NCBI GenBank assembly: GCA_964106645.2
Contig: OZ067038.1
Direction: 5' to 3' (one strand)
From: Podarcis pityusensis
Taxonomy: Eukaryota
DNA: 64,000 nucleotides
The notes under the pieces were generated by a model. That model saw nothing but the letters and a program-made list of their open reading frames with translations, had not been told where the DNA came from and did not search any database. A program made the position numbers and the translations under genes. Every line of letters starts with the position of its first letter. Position 1 is the stretch's first letter. Shown here piece after piece: positions 1 through 13,100 of this stretch.

Positions 1-2471
1 TGATCATATTTGCATTGTTGTTATATTTGGACATTTTATTCCTTTCATTGCTTATGTATGAGGATGGAGAGTGTTGTTGCTTATAAAAGGATTCTTGCTA
101 TTTTGTTCAGATCATTAAACTTCAGTCAGAAATGCAAGCAGTGGAAAAAGGAAGCAGTTAACTTCTATGCCTGTAATGGGAATCAGAAAGTATAATGTGT
201 ATAAGAGAAGTGTGTATATGGAAGAATAGTATGGGAGTAAAGATGGGAGTTGGATGGGGATTAGGTATTTAGCAAGCTGTGAAAGGAGAAGGAAGCATAT
301 CTTTATAGATCACTAGACTTCTGTGATGAAAATGCATATGGATTTGATATGCATCAGCTAACTGTGGAAGATTAATCAAATACCTTTTAGATTATAGTTT
401 GGGGCTTTCTACTGCCTTTGGATTTCTGCTGTTGGTGGTGTAGTCCTTTGTTCTGAAATCTGCATGGAACCCCTTTGGAGAGATTGCTTGAGATTTTTGG
501 AATGAGGTGCCAAGAGTATGCTGATGACATCCAACTCTGATGGCTTTTTCAGATGTGATTTTCCTGGGTTTAAAAACCATAATTAAGCCATGAAAGTCTG
601 TAGGGCCTGCACATTTCTCTCTCCCTTTCTCTCCCTTTTCTCTCCCTTGGTCCTGGTCAGTTTACATTGCAGTTTCACATCATGTCCAAAAAGGCGGAAA
701 TATGACTTAATGCCAACTTATTAACCAGGATCTTAAAGCCAAATCAATCCAGCAAGGTTACTGTTTTCCCCAGGCCATTTGGGTGTGCAGTGCAATTTAT
801 CTGCCACTTCAGTTTTTATTTTAGTGCTTTTTTATGAGTTTGGGTCCCTTTTTATGTTTTTGCTGTATTGTATTGAATGTTACTGTGTTTTATGTTTTTA
901 TGCTGTAACCTGCTTTGGATTGATCAGAACAAACTCTGTGCACAGTTTTAAGTACAACAGATAAAACAAAATAGACCCTGACAACAGATTCAGAGTCATA
1001 CTACATGCAGCAGGGCAGCCATGCTTATTTGTGAATCTGCCCAGCTTGCTTATGGAGCAGGATTGGGGTGACGCCCATTTTAAAAATTGAAACAGAGTAC
1101 ATAGATGAGGGATGTTGGTGCTAACTTCTCCCCAATGTACTTCCTTGCCCTCCATTTCTCCACTGTTCCTTTCAAGCTTCCAGCACTGGAGTTGAATTGA
1201 GAGAGAGAATTGTTTGAAGCACAGCTAGCTTATGTTGTACCCTCCAGGTCAGGGTGGTCCAATACATGGCCCAAAGGCCCTCAGCAACATTTGACCCTTG
1301 TGCTGAATTCCAGAAAGGTGCTGGGTTTTGGGAAAGAGGCGTGAGGGCTCTGATAGGGTCCTAGAGTCCACTCCTCCTTCCCAAAGCCTAGTTAGTGTTT
1401 CCCAGCTTTGGGAATGAGGTGGGAGGACTCTGGGACCCTGCCAGAGCCTTGCACCTCCTTCCAAAGCCTGGAATTTCCCTTACCTGGCTTTGGGAAGGCA
1501 GTGCAAGGGCTGGATTGGGTGGGTGTCCCTGGGCTCCTTTGGGAGGAAGACTGGACAATAGATAGAAATAATAAACATAATACCCAATAGTTTCAGGGTG
1601 AAGCAGATAGGTATGCACAGATCTCCATTATCCACTGTACTACAGCAGCTTTCTCATTTTAAAATAGCTCTCTGGTTAGACATTGAGCAGTTTGTGTTTT
1701 GAGGTATGACAGTGGGTGCACCAGTTTCCTCTGAAAAGTCTTTTCTTCACAACGTGGAGATTGGATTTATGAGAGGATGCCACAAAATCAGAGCTCTCTA
1801 AGGCCTCTTAGATTCCCTGCAGGTCAATTGGTGTCAAAGGGAACAGCGACATCTATTGACCGGCCTTTCCTTCCTGGTGGAAAATGCATTGTAAGGAGTA
1901 ATCGAGAGTGAAGTGGAATCAACCAGCCAGTTTCTCCCTGCCAGCCAACATAACCTTTGATTCTTTTAATTTCCAGTAATAGGCTGCCTGGTCTGAATGG
2001 AGCCTGCTCCTCTCAAAAGCCTGGACGTATCAGTAGGACATTGTTCCATGGAATGCTTGAGAAATTAAACCTTTGCAAATGCCGATATGAATTGACCTGA
2101 TTTGGACCTTCTGGACCAACATGTAGATTGGAACTTAATTACCCACAGCCTTTCATGTTTCCTGAACGTTCTGACAGAGTTCTTGGTGCAAAAATGTAGC
2201 AAGTTACATTTGCAAATGTGCATTTTGAGAGAAAACACATTTTTAAAATAGGTATTCAAATGCACCTTTTTGTGTGACTTTTTAAATAAAAAGAATGCAG
2301 AGTGATGTGGAAATAAGTGTACATAGGCAAAACCGACATGGATTGAATATTGTTGTTCTATTCACTTTGGAGAGATCAGACCTTTTAGTGGAGATGGATA
2401 GCTGCTTGCTCTTTTACAAGACTTTCTTACTGGTCACTCTAAACCACTTGTTTTGCTTATGTCTTCTGCAG

Positions 2472-2536
2472 GGGAACAGAGGCCGGACAGGAGTAGTTAT
2501 TGCTGCCTACATGCACTACAGCAACATTTCAGCCAG
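2472..2536 (+). CDS. TNS1: TNS1 exon (65 nt, phase 0/2): [24 protein letters not shown]-like domain
   Basis: ttctgcag| acceptor, CAG|gtaaga donor; tensin PTP-like peptide. Confidence 0.96.
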
Positions 2537-3752
2537 GTAAGAGAGCCTCATGCTATGTTGCATGAGGGGTGGTGAAGACTGTAGTTTTAGTGGTGAGAGG
2601 TAAAGTGGAAGAAGGAACAGGCTATTCTGGAGTCTCTGCAACTTTAGCATGTCTGTTTTGATCATAGCAGTCCAGAAAACAACCTTGGAATGTACTTTCC
2701 TGAAGCAAAGTCCCAGATCACCCATCCTAATACAGGCACTCCAGTCATGCTCTTGTGCCGCATCAAAGCTGGTGTTGATTATAGAACTGTTCTATAGAAC
2801 ACAAAATACCTAATGGGAAATAGCTCTTGTCTGGCCATTCTTCTGTGAGTGGGAGAAGTTTCCCACAGTGCTTTGGCTTCTGGAGAAAGCCTTTCTGTTT
2901 GGTTTATATGGGAACGAAGGGCCCCAATGAAGCTTCCTGCTGGCCAATTCTCCAGGGAATGAGCTTGAAGGGAGGTGGCCAGAGAGAGTGACTGGAGGAC
3001 AAGGCCAACAAAGAGGGATGAGAACATGCATTAGGGCCACTGAGTTGGGGTGCAGAAGCTTTGATCTTCTGGGTCTCAATTTTTTTGGTCCCAGAGGGGT
3101 CAGTGAAAAGGAAAAAAGTTTGTTATAGTTAGGCTGAGACCATTTCCTGCTCTACAAGTTGAGGCAGAATCTCCAGTAAGTGACAGTATTATATACGTAC
3201 TATACTAGAGAAAGAAACATAAAGCTGTGATATATGCATTGCTCTACTGAGGATTGGCTTATTGCATCAGTACCTCAATTGACTTATTGCATCAATACAG
3301 TCAATTGGCCAAGGCAGTCAATTAACTTATTGATAGGATGCCTAGAAATGTCATCATTTTTCATTTGAAACAAAACATTGGGCAGCATGATAACCCATCC
3401 CATGCATGTCTATTCAGAACCCCTACTGAATTCAATTGGATTTGTTCCCAGTTGGGTGTGTATAGCCAGTGTTGTGCCCTATCGATGTTATTGGGCTGCA
3501 GCTCCCATCAGCCCCACTCAGCATGGCCAATAGGCAAAGGTCAAAGAACTCCAGCAACATATGGAGGGCAGCATGTTAGCTGACCTGGGATTGCAGCCTG
3601 AAATCCCTATTGAAATTCCCTATATCAATTATTGGGGAAGAAAGAAGAAACCTCTTCTTACTTGGGGCCTCTCTTTTTTTCCAGCTCACTTATGAACTTT
3701 CCCCCTTTCCCATGGAATATGTCTGTGCCAAACTCTTTTCTTTATTCCACAG

Positions 3753-3836
3753 TGCAGACCAAGCTCTGGACCGGTTTGCCATGAAGAGGTTCTATGAGGA
3801 CAAAGTGATCCCAGTGGGGCAGCCATCGCAGAAGAG
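3753..3836 (+). CDS. TNS1: TNS1 exon (84 nt, phase 2/2): (S)[27 protein letters not shown](R)
   Basis: ttccacag| acceptor, GAG|gttagt donor; PSQ motif of the PTEN/tensin fold. Confidence 0.96.
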
Positions 3837-5022
3837 GTTAGTCTGGAGGGCAGGCTGGTGAGGGTTTTCCGCCTTCTATTGAGTGTGGGCTGATTTTGTT
3901 GTGAGACATTCAGAATGGATGTCTTTATGGCTATCATAGTGTAGATATCAAAGCTCAGGATGTTTCTCATGTTGCAAAAAAACACTCTGTTTAGTGTTGA
4001 ATTTCTGAAAGTAAGATACCTATTGGACCTGCAGTGTATTTTCAGTCAGTTTCACTAGGTGGTGCTGGAGCCAGTCATGATGAGTCTTTGGTTTTTAATG
4101 GGCAAATGTTCCTCTGTCTTGTAGCCACTACCGACATCTCAGCATAAGCTCTCCTTTTTAAAGGGCGTTCCAGCATCAAAATATGATCAAAATATGAACT
4201 TTGCGTTACATAATATAAATACATTTTTCATGTCTGAAAACAGTTGCCCCGCAAATAAAGTGGAACAGGGGACGAGTCGTTCTGCTGTAGACCCCTGAAG
4301 TAAATCAGAACTGATTAGTTAACCATTGGCACTCTAGATAATGCATACAGAAGAACTGAAAAGACTTAGGTCGGCACCTCCATTTTTTTGTGTGAAGGGT
4401 CCCCACTTCCGAGTAGCCTATGGGCATTTGATTGGTTCTCCTAGTGCTGTTGGGACTATATCCAGTGGCTCTGTTGACTACAGAAATATGTCTAGGCACC
4501 CAGGCTATGTTTCTAGGTTAGCCAGAAATGGAGACACCAGGACTGCATAAAGCAGCCTCTTAACAAGATTTCATCCTTGTGAATGTTATACTACAAATGA
4601 AGATACCTGTCCAAGCCCAGAACTGCACTAGCAAGATTTGACACCAAATGTATATCTGGTTGGTATTTTAGAATATTAAGACTAAAAAGAACCAAACTTG
4701 TGCCAACAGCTGTCAGGAAGATTATTCAAAAACAGGCCCTACAGTGCCTAAAGCCAGGGAAGGCAACACACTAATTCCAGACAAGTTCTGCTGAGCAAAA
4801 ATCTTTCATGCCAGCTTCTGAGATATCTTAAGAAAATCATGAAGCACGTTTAAAAAACAAGCAGATTTAGAGACTTGTGACTGAGACTTTAGTATAAATC
4901 ACTATGAGAGAATTGCCCAGTTTCACAGACTGTTTGCAGAGGGCAACTTTTCTTCATTGAATCATTAGTCTTTTAAGAGGCTCCAACTCACCTCCTGACT
5001 ACTATTGTGGTTTCTTCCCTAG

Positions 5023-5135
5023 GTATGTCCACTACTTCAGTGGTCTGCTGTCTGGCACCATCAAAATGAACAACAAACCCCTCTTCTTGCATCATGTCAT
5101 CATGCATGGAATTCCCAACTTTGAGTCTCAAGGAG
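5023..5135 (+). CDS. TNS1: TNS1 exon (113 nt, phase 2/1): [41 protein letters not shown]2 junction
   Basis: ttccctag| acceptor, GAG|gtaact donor; translated by hand, absent from ORF track. Confidence 0.96.
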
Positions 5136-6206
5136 GTAACTGGCCTTTTCCAACCCAGCCAACATCATGCAAACATAGCTGTTGTGAGGCTGAAAGATAA
5201 CAATGTCAGTTAGTTGATGAGGAATCCCGTAATTTGTAATTCTCACTACGGACCGACAGATACAGAAGAACAAAGTGACAGTATATTCAGTAGATAGAAA
5301 AGACTGCGCCATTGTAGAATGCAGGGTGCAGATCATGTTTTTAAATGTCCTCCTCCATTGCAAATTTCTTGCAAGCAGAAAGCCAAATCAAGGAAAGGGC
5401 ACATTAGGAACCATTTTCCTTGACATGCTAGTTTTCTGTTTGCATGGATTTCTTTTTCTTCCTTTTTTATCTGGAGGAGGATTCAGAAGTGGTGTCCTAC
5501 ATGCCTAACCTGAAGTTGTACAATTTGTTTTACCACCTTATACTGCAACATGATAGGGCCACTCACAGCCACAACTGTCTTCCTTTAACCCATTGCTCTT
5601 GCTTTCAGCAGCTTATTTTGGCAGCTTCTGTTGGTTTTATCACATGGAATTGGAGCAGACGTTCTCACATGTTCCAAGTCAGCTCAGATTCATCCATCTA
5701 CTTGCAGTAAAATCCATTTTAACATCCTTGGGCCGAATGTTCTTGCAGTTATTCAATTCCAGCTCAGGATGTTTGATAAGAGCATAAGAACAACCCTGCT
5801 ATGTAATTTCCAGTGTTCCCTCTACTTGTGTATCATGCCCCTAGGACACTGCAAAGCAGTGGAACAACAGTTTTGTGTCACCTTAAATTTTATTATGACA
5901 TCAACTTCTATGAACTAGAACCTATGAATCAGATGCTTGAAATGTAACATTTACTTGGCAGGTATGTATATGCATATGGGGGAGGGATTGTAAGCAGTGA
6001 GATCAGAAGGAATTGAAATAGAAAATAGTGCAGATAGTGACAATTCAATTAGAGCTAGAATGCCTGCAAGATCAGCACAGCTACTTTTTACAACAGCAGT
6101 GCTAGGTGATAAAACAATCCACTTGACAGAGCCACGCTAATTAACATCTGTAGAGGGGAAGGAAAACATCAACTCTATTCAGATCCAAATGAACAGAGTT
6201 GAACTT

Positions 6207-6488
6207 CCAAAATCCATATCAGTCTAATACCTTTATTAGGCCAACTAGAATGCCTCAAAATAGTATGCAAGCTTCTGACTTATCCAGATCTATTCATCAG
6301 CTCATGGTAAACAGAGTGGGGATAGAGAAGAGAATATATCTGATCACAGTCTTAAAGCAGAATGTGGGAGGCTGTAGTGGGAGTTCAAATGAGGCTTTGT
6401 TAGCTGTTATGCAGGTTTTAGGTTGCACCTGGAATTTTGTGGCAGTTTGGTTGGCCTAATAAAGGTATTCCTCTAATAAGGATTTTGG
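6207..6488. mobile_element. Inverted-repeat element, probably a Penelope-like retroelement remnant
   Basis: Perfect 20-bp inverted repeat AATACCTTTATTAGGCCAAC (6226-6245) and 6450-6469, with outer CCAAAATCC/GGATTTTGG; family assignment from memory. Confidence 0.55.
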
Positions 6489-6998
6489 GCTTTCCCCCAT
6501 GAGCCAATATGGTTATCTTTTCTTTTTGTGCAATTGTTATTACAATTTCTGGTTTCTCCTAGTTACTTTGACTGCACTGAACTCCCCACCCCACCCCCTT
6601 GCTGTTGTTTGTTTATATTGTTTTACTGTTTTTATTGTACACCACTGATATCCTTAGGGAGAAAGAGTAAAAGGACGATGATGATGTCAGGCAGTTTCAT
6701 GTTGGAGCCACTTGTTTTTCAAGTACTGCCACTTTAAGATGAGTTGCAGAGTGTTCTGGGAGATTGAAATGTTACTGTACTGGGTTATATTGCTGTTTCA
6801 GATGCCAGATTTGTGTCCATTTATTCTTTAGCATAGGAACTGATATACACATGGTACCACAAAACTCTTCTTTGGTTTTGCTGCAACAGTTGTAAATCAT
6901 CACAAGAATGGGGTGATCCATTCTGTGACACCAAGACCCAGCTTTCAGCCGTCTAGATCTATGTGGTCCTACACACAGCACTCTTTGATAACTTTGAT

Positions 6999-7024
6999 AC
7001 ACACACACACACACACACACACAC
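6999..7024. repeat. (AC)13 microsatellite
   Basis: Seen directly. Confidence 0.95.
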
Positions 7025-7457
7025 CCATACACACCCCCATCTAATGTGAATGTTCTGGGCCTACAGATTGGATGTACAGTATTATTTATCTGAATTTGGC
7101 TGCCCAACAGAAAGCTGCACTAGTTCTTTTGGTTTTCTGTCCTCTGGGCTTTAGGCGCACAGCACACCTTTGCAACAGAGAGAGCTGGGCAGGGGAAATT
7201 AGGCAGTACATTCAGGGAGATACCTGAACCCCTTATGCCTCCAAATATAGGAGGAGCCTGCTGTTTGTGCCCGTGTTCTTTTCCAGGGCATCTGTCAGTG
7301 TCACAGACCACGTCTTGTTGGCTGCAGGGTCACTGGAAAGCTCTCCTCCAGGCGAGACTGTTTGTCTTGGCCTCTTGCTGTTTGTTTTCCCTTCTCCAAC
7401 TAATCTCCCTGACTAATGAAGGTCTTTTTCTCCCTGTCTCTGATTTATGTTTCTTAG

Positions 7458-7518
7458 GCTGCCGGCCCTTCCTCAAGATATACCAAGCTATGCAGCCTGT
7501 CTACACATCTGGAATCTA
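7458..7518 (+). CDS. TNS1: TNS1 exon (61 nt, phase 1/2): (G)[19 protein letters not shown](Y), C2 domain
   Basis: tttcttag| acceptor, CTA|gtaaat donor; phases match both neighbours. Confidence 0.95.
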
Positions 7519-8821
7519 GTAAATATTGCCCTGGAATTGGCACTTCTTTTTTTTATTCCCAGCACTCGTTTCCCCTGTGTTCCTTTCAGACCAATGGGGT
7601 GGGGACTCTGTCTGAATCTTGGGTAGAGGTGGGATCTGGGAGGGTTCTCATTGCACATCATTTGTCCTTTGCTCTAACCTACCTTGCCAGGAACCTGCCA
7701 AGAAAACCATAAAGGAGGGAGACCTATTGAACTGCATAGGCATAGCAAAGGGCAGGAGAAGATATTATGGACATACTATCACCCATGAGAGCAGCATTTA
7801 AGACTCTCTGCATGTGACACTTAATTTTTCCTCCATGTGGGAAAAACATCATCTACTAAGTAGCCTTTGGTATGTCTACAGGGTTAAGCTGTTTTCAGCT
7901 CAGTATAACTTTTCTCCCAAGGAAGGTGGCAAATTGTTGGTCTATGAAACAGCTACAGGTCTTAATTGGCTATTCTTTTTTAAAAAAAAAATGGCTACCA
8001 AGATGAATTTTAACTGAGGGCTTACTTATATTTAATCACTTAAATATAAAAGTTCATATTTAATAAATCTACACTAAAACTTTAGATGTGTTTTATTCAA
8101 AAGGAAATTTGAGATTGAAAGAAAGGCAGTCTTCAATACCTTCTTTTTTGTTTTCAAATCAACAAGTGTGTCATCCAGTTTCAACCTCACCCATTAAAAT
8201 TTGTCCTGACTGATTTTTGACCTGCGAAAGCTTTGGTTGATTCTTGTACTGATTGAATCTCTGGTTGCAGAGCAGCAGCAGCAGCAGCATTGAATGAGCT
8301 GAAAGAGTTCTGCAAACATTTGTCTAGACATATGCAGCACTGAAGGGAAGGATTAGTACCTGTTTATGGAGTAGCAGCTTCCATATTAAGAAACTTCAGA
8401 AGTGGAAGTGCTGAGTAGATTGAGTAAAGGAGGTTAGGATTGTGCAAACTAGTCATGTTAAATTCTGGGACAAGATTTTGTGAAGACCATACAAGCTTTC
8501 TCATCAGCAATTTTATTATGGAAGCTCCTCATCCATGTCTTTGCTGATTGCTATAGGTTGTCTTGCCTAATTGACATGTTCATAGTGCCGATCCCCTGTT
8601 CTGATCTCTCCAAATAAGACAGGAATGATCAGTGTGAGTGGCAATGGAACTGTAGCCAACCAAGGCAGCCCCAAACTCTCACACTAGTTGACTCTCCTCT
8701 GTTCTTCTGTCCCAATTTCCTGTTTAGATCTGCCCCGAGTAAATGAGGCTCCTATGTGGACCCAATGTTAGGGAACAGCATCCCAGCTGTCTATTCTTAA
8801 CTTATTTCTTCTTTTTTATAG

Positions 8822-8897
8822 CAACGTGCAGGGGGACAGTCAGACCAGCATCTGCATCACTATAGAGCCTGGACTACTCTTAAAGGGAGATATCTTG
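8822..8897 (+). CDS. TNS1: TNS1 exon (76 nt, phase 2/0): [25 protein letters not shown]
   Basis: tttttatag| acceptor, TTG|gtaaga donor; LKGDI C2 motif. Confidence 0.96.
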
Positions 8898-9039
8898 GTA
8901 AGAGTAAAACATAGCTGGTCCGTTTGTTTGCTTTGGTCCCTTTTCTGCCATTGTGGGGCTTTGGCTCCCTCAATTTAGCAAGGAATGAGAGAGAAGTTAG
9001 TTCTGTTCACATTTCAGTTCATGCTTCCTGAACCAATGA

Positions 9040-9611
9040 GGCTGCATACACACCATACATTTAAAGCACATTCCTCTCTTCACCAAAGAAACCTAGGAAC
9101 TGTTGCTTACTACTCACAGAGCTACAAGTTCCAACATCCTTATCAAACTCCAGTTCCCATAATTCTTTGTGTGTGCATGTGCCTTGAATATATGGTATAT
9201 AATGTGGGGACGTGGGTGGCGCTGTGGTCTAAACCACTGAGCCTCTTGGGGTTGCTGATCGGAAGGTTGGAGGTTTGAATCCCTGTGACGGGGTGAGCTC
9301 CTGTTGTTGTGTCTCAGCTCCTGCCAACCTAGCAGTTCAAAAGCATGCCAATGCAAGTAGATAAATAGGTACCACTGCGGTGGGAAGGTAAACGGCATTT
9401 CCGTGCACTTTGGCACTCGTCACGGTACTCTGTGTGCCAGAGGCGGTTTAGTCATGCTGGCCACATGACCCGGAAAACTGTCTGTGGACAAACGCCGGCT
9501 CCCTTGGCCTGAAAGCAAGATGAGCGCTGCAACCCCATAGTCACCTTTGACTAGACTTAACCGTCCAGGGTTGCTTTACCTTTTTTTACCTTATATAGTG
9601 TGTACACAGCC
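9040..9611. mobile_element. MITE with GGCTG(C/T)-type termini, split by a SINE
   Basis: Left end ggctgcatacacaccatacatttaaagcaca; the right end is its imperfect reverse complement interrupted near 9207. Confidence 0.6.
9207..9592 (+). mobile_element. Sauria SINE, full length
   Basis: GGGACG head with pol III A/B-like boxes, GTAGATAAATAGGTACC core, TTTACC tail; imperfect TSD tatataatgtg/tatatagtgtg. Confidence 0.88.
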
Positions 9612-9742
9612 TTAGCAAAATGAAACACAGCTGTCCTTTGAAATTTGCATTTCTCCAAATTTTATGATACAATTCCTCCAACCAAAAACTGTACCACTAT
9701 GCATATATCAGTGAAAATAACATACAAAACATTATAGTAGGG

Positions 9743-9878
9743 CAGGTGTAGGCAAACTCGGCCCTCCAAATGTTTTGGGACTACAGCTCCCATCACCCCT
9801 GACCACTGGTCCTGTTAGCTAGGGATGATGGGAGTTGTAGTCCCAAAACATCTGGAGGGCCGAGTTTGCCTATGCCTG
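9743..9878. mobile_element. hAT-type MITE (136 bp, near-palindromic)
   Basis: CAGG..CCTG termini, long inverted arms, perfect 8-bp TSD TAGTAGGG at 9735-9742 and 9879-9886. Confidence 0.92.
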
Positions 9879-10282
9879 TAGTAGGGGAAATTGCTTGCAT
9901 AAAAATGTGTGTATTAGGCAAATGTGCATACAAATATGCATATATTGGGAGAGATGCACACAAAAATGCACACAATTTTGCATGCAGAATTTGTGAAGAT
10001 TTTTTTGTTCTCAAATTGATGCAAAAATGGGGCAAACTGCATAAGGTTGAGAAAATTCGGAACTGACATGGACAGATTCATCCATCCCTACATGCCGCAT
10101 TAGTAGGTGGTTCAGTTTTGGAGATGCCAGAATAGGATGCTGGAGACATGCACAGTCTGCAGGCCACAATCTGCTTACTCTGGGATACTGTGCAGCTGGT
10201 GTGGGGTGGAGAGAATTGTTTGTTTTCTGGCAGGTCCCCAAGCTTATGACTCTTCCCTTCCCTTCTCTTCACCCACCGGCAG

Positions 10283-10412
10283 TTGAAATGCTATCACAAA
10301 GAGTTCCGTAGCCCAACTCGAGATGTGATCTTCCGAGTGCAATTCCACACCTGTGCCATTCATGACCTGGCCATTGTCTTCAATAAGGAGGACCTGGATG
10401 ATGCCTTTAAAG
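10283..10412 (+). CDS. TNS1: TNS1 exon (130 nt, phase 0/1): [43 protein letters not shown]
   Basis: Pyrimidine tract plus ggcag| acceptor, AAG|gtaaga donor; FRVQFHT tensin C2 motif. Confidence 0.96.
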
Positions 10413-10470
10413 GTAAGAACAATTGTATAAATGGGAATGAAGGGAAGCTGGCTTAGTAAGCAGAGGATCA

Positions 10471-10598
10471 AATCATAGAATTGTAGCATTGGAAGGGACC
10501 CTGAGGGTCATCTAAGCCAACCCCCTGTAATGCAGGAATCTCAACTAAAGCATGCATGACAGGTGGCCACCCAACCCTTGCTTAAAAATCTCCAATGA
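10471..10598 (-). mobile_element. CR1 LINE 3' fragment
   Basis: atcatagaattgtagcattggaagggacc... resembles the reverse-complemented CR1 3' end. Confidence 0.65.
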
Positions 10599-12024
10599 GT
10601 ATAAGAATGTTGTTGTTTTGTGTTTTTTTTGTTTGGAGAGTGGTGCCCCCTTTCATGTAATGCAGCTTTCCTGTAGTTCCCCTCACTGTGGCACTTAAGA
10701 GTGTAAAGGAATATGCTGTTTATTTATAAAATTTATATACCACTTTAAAAAAAATGCAATGTTCATAAAACTGCATGGAACAATTGCCAATGGGCACAGA
10801 TAAAATCAGGGAAAACTTAAAAGCAAATGCTAAAATCTAGATAGGCTTGTTTAGCTAAATTAAAAAGTATGAGCAAGTGCCTAAAAGAGTAAACAAAGTT
10901 TTCTGCCAGATGTTAACAGCAGAGAGTTCCAAAGGACAGATGCTGCCATGCTGAAAGACTAACTCCCAACAGATGTGAAACAAACATTATATGGCACTTG
11001 TAAAAGTGGAAACTCTGCAGTTTGAAGCACTCATGTAGGCACATGTGGGGCAAATCGATCTTTCAAGTGAACTGGACCCAAGCTGTTATTTTTGGTTTAT
11101 GTTAGGATCAAATCATTTAGTTTGTTGGGCCACAGGTAGATTGAAGGATCTGTTGGTGACTGTAACTATTAACCTTCTCTGGAACTTGGCATTCTATTCA
11201 CTTACATTGTTATCTCTTCCTTGATTTTGATTTGCTGCACTACGCTTCTATTGACCATCATGACATTACCCAAAGTAGTGCAAGAATCAGTTTGGAAGTG
11301 CATAAAAAAGATTCTGCCCCCCACCCCGGGCTTTACAAGCCAATTGAAATACCAGACAGATGAATTGACCTCCTGTCCTCATTCTGATTGTCCTGCCAGT
11401 GTGGTAGGCAGGGACCAGTGCTTGAGAGGGTCATGTGAGTGACTCCTCCATGGCTGCCAGCCATTCCAAGAACAATCCCTCTTCAGTCTTACTTCCATCC
11501 CAAAGCCATCACCTTGGCTCCACTAGAAAAAGAGGAGACTTCATTGTGCTTTATTCGTATAGTGCCAATGCACGTTTGAAGAGGGTGAGCTGCCTGGTGG
11601 TGTGTGAGACAGTTGTTGGCTGTGATAAGAGTGGTCTTCACCAAGAAGTGCAGGGGATGGGAAGAAATGTCATAAACATACTCTCATTAGAGCCAAAGCT
11701 GTGCGGATGTTGTCTCATGGTGAACTATCCTTTGATTGTTCTGTATGGGACAATGACAATAAAGATATCGTATCGTAGCTAGATGAACCGAGAAAAACAC
11801 AGATTATTCATAGTAGTCATAGCCATGAGGATGGGCAACTTGTTGGTGTGAGACCCCAGGATATCTAGACAGTGAAGCAATGATCCCTGTTGGCATATCC
11901 CTAGCAGATCCCCACTGAATTCAGCTTCCCTAGCAGTCATGGTATTGCCCCAGTTTATATGTCCTAAGTCAGTATAGACAGCTAGATATACCTGAATATC
12001 GTTTGGTCTTCTTGTTCATTGCAG

Positions 12025-12090
12025 ACGAGCGGTTTCCAGAGTATGGGAAGGTGGAGTTTGTGTTCTCCTATGGACCTGAGAAGATTCAAG
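12025..12090 (+). CDS. TNS1: TNS1 exon (66 nt, phase 1/1): (D)[21 protein letters not shown], contains the KVEF PP1-docking motif
   Basis: attgcag| acceptor, AAG|gtactg donor; KVxF is the known PP1-alpha site of tensin-1. Confidence 0.96.
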
Positions 12091-12519
12091 GTACTGTGTT
12101 TTCTAATCACCAACCTCTGGCACCTACTGCTCCCATTCCCTGCTTCCTCCCCATTGCCAGGCCCTACAGATCTGTGTCTGGAGCTCCCCGCATGATTTCT
12201 TCACAGCTTGGCCATTCTTTGCTGATAGGGCAGGTAACCTTGCATTGGGACTTCCCCTTCCCCTTTGTCACTGCTGCTGGTGGGCAGAGGGTACTTCAGT
12301 TCACCAGCATCATCATAACTAAGAGCCAGCTGCTGATCCAGTTGAGCCACCTGGTCCTGCTTTTCCTTACCAGCAGACACCTTCTTTCCCCATTCATGCT
12401 TGCCTGGTTGATTGAGGCTTCATCCATGGCATTCCCAAATGTCCGTAGTGGACTCTTCTGGGAATAAAATCTTCCAGATCCATCTTAGGTCCTTGCTTGA
12501 GTGGCAGTTCACTTGGTCT

Positions 12520-12698
12520 TAAGAACTGCCATATACTCAGTCAGACCATTAGTTTGTCTAGCTTAGTATTGTCCACACCTGTGGTAGCTCTCCAGGGTTT
12601 CAGACTGAGGTTTCCCCCAGCCCTGCTTGGAGATGCTGGGGATTAAATTTGGCATTTTCTGCATGTGGATCAGATGCTCTGCCACTGAGCTACAGCCT
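12520..12698 (-). mobile_element. Old tRNA-derived SINE; related copies near 21080-21230, 34210-34395 and 53060-53200
   Basis: Shared ggagatgctggggattgaacctggg...ttctgcatgc...ccactgagct motif (reverse-complemented tRNA head). Confidence 0.6.
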
Positions 12699-12983
12699 TG
12701 CTTGTCCTCAGGCTCTTCCATAGCTGCCCACCCCACCTGCAGCCTCTAACCTTGCGCTGCTCCCCTCTTTCTACCCTTTGATTCCTAACTGTGACTCAGT
12801 TCTGGGTTTTCCTTGCATCATCTGTCTTCTACAGGTTCTGTTTCCCCTTTGTCTTGCTCCCTCTGTCTCTTCCCTTCTTCTTACCTTTTCCTTACCACAT
12901 TGCTGGCTTCTTCTGTGACTGGGCATGCACTGGAAGGGGTCGGCCAGCTCTGTTGCTGAAACCGTGCTGTCCTTCCTCTCCAG

Positions 12984-13100
12984 GCATGGAGCATCTCGAG
13001 AACGGCCCCAGCGTCTCAGTGGACTACAACACCTCTGACCCGCTCATCCGCCGGGACTCCTATGAAAACTTCAACATGCGTCGTGAAGACAGCATGGAGG
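12984..13100 (+). CDS. TNS1: TNS1 exon (117 nt, phase 1/1): (G)[38 protein letters not shown]
   Basis: ctctccag| acceptor, AGG|gtaggt donor. Confidence 0.95.

Larger units (their letters stand above)
8980..10090. mobile_element. Old non-autonomous DNA transposon (TAGGGATGG-terminus family) interrupted by younger insertions
   Basis: Segments resemble the copy at 56493-56897; right end CCATCCCTA. Confidence 0.6.
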
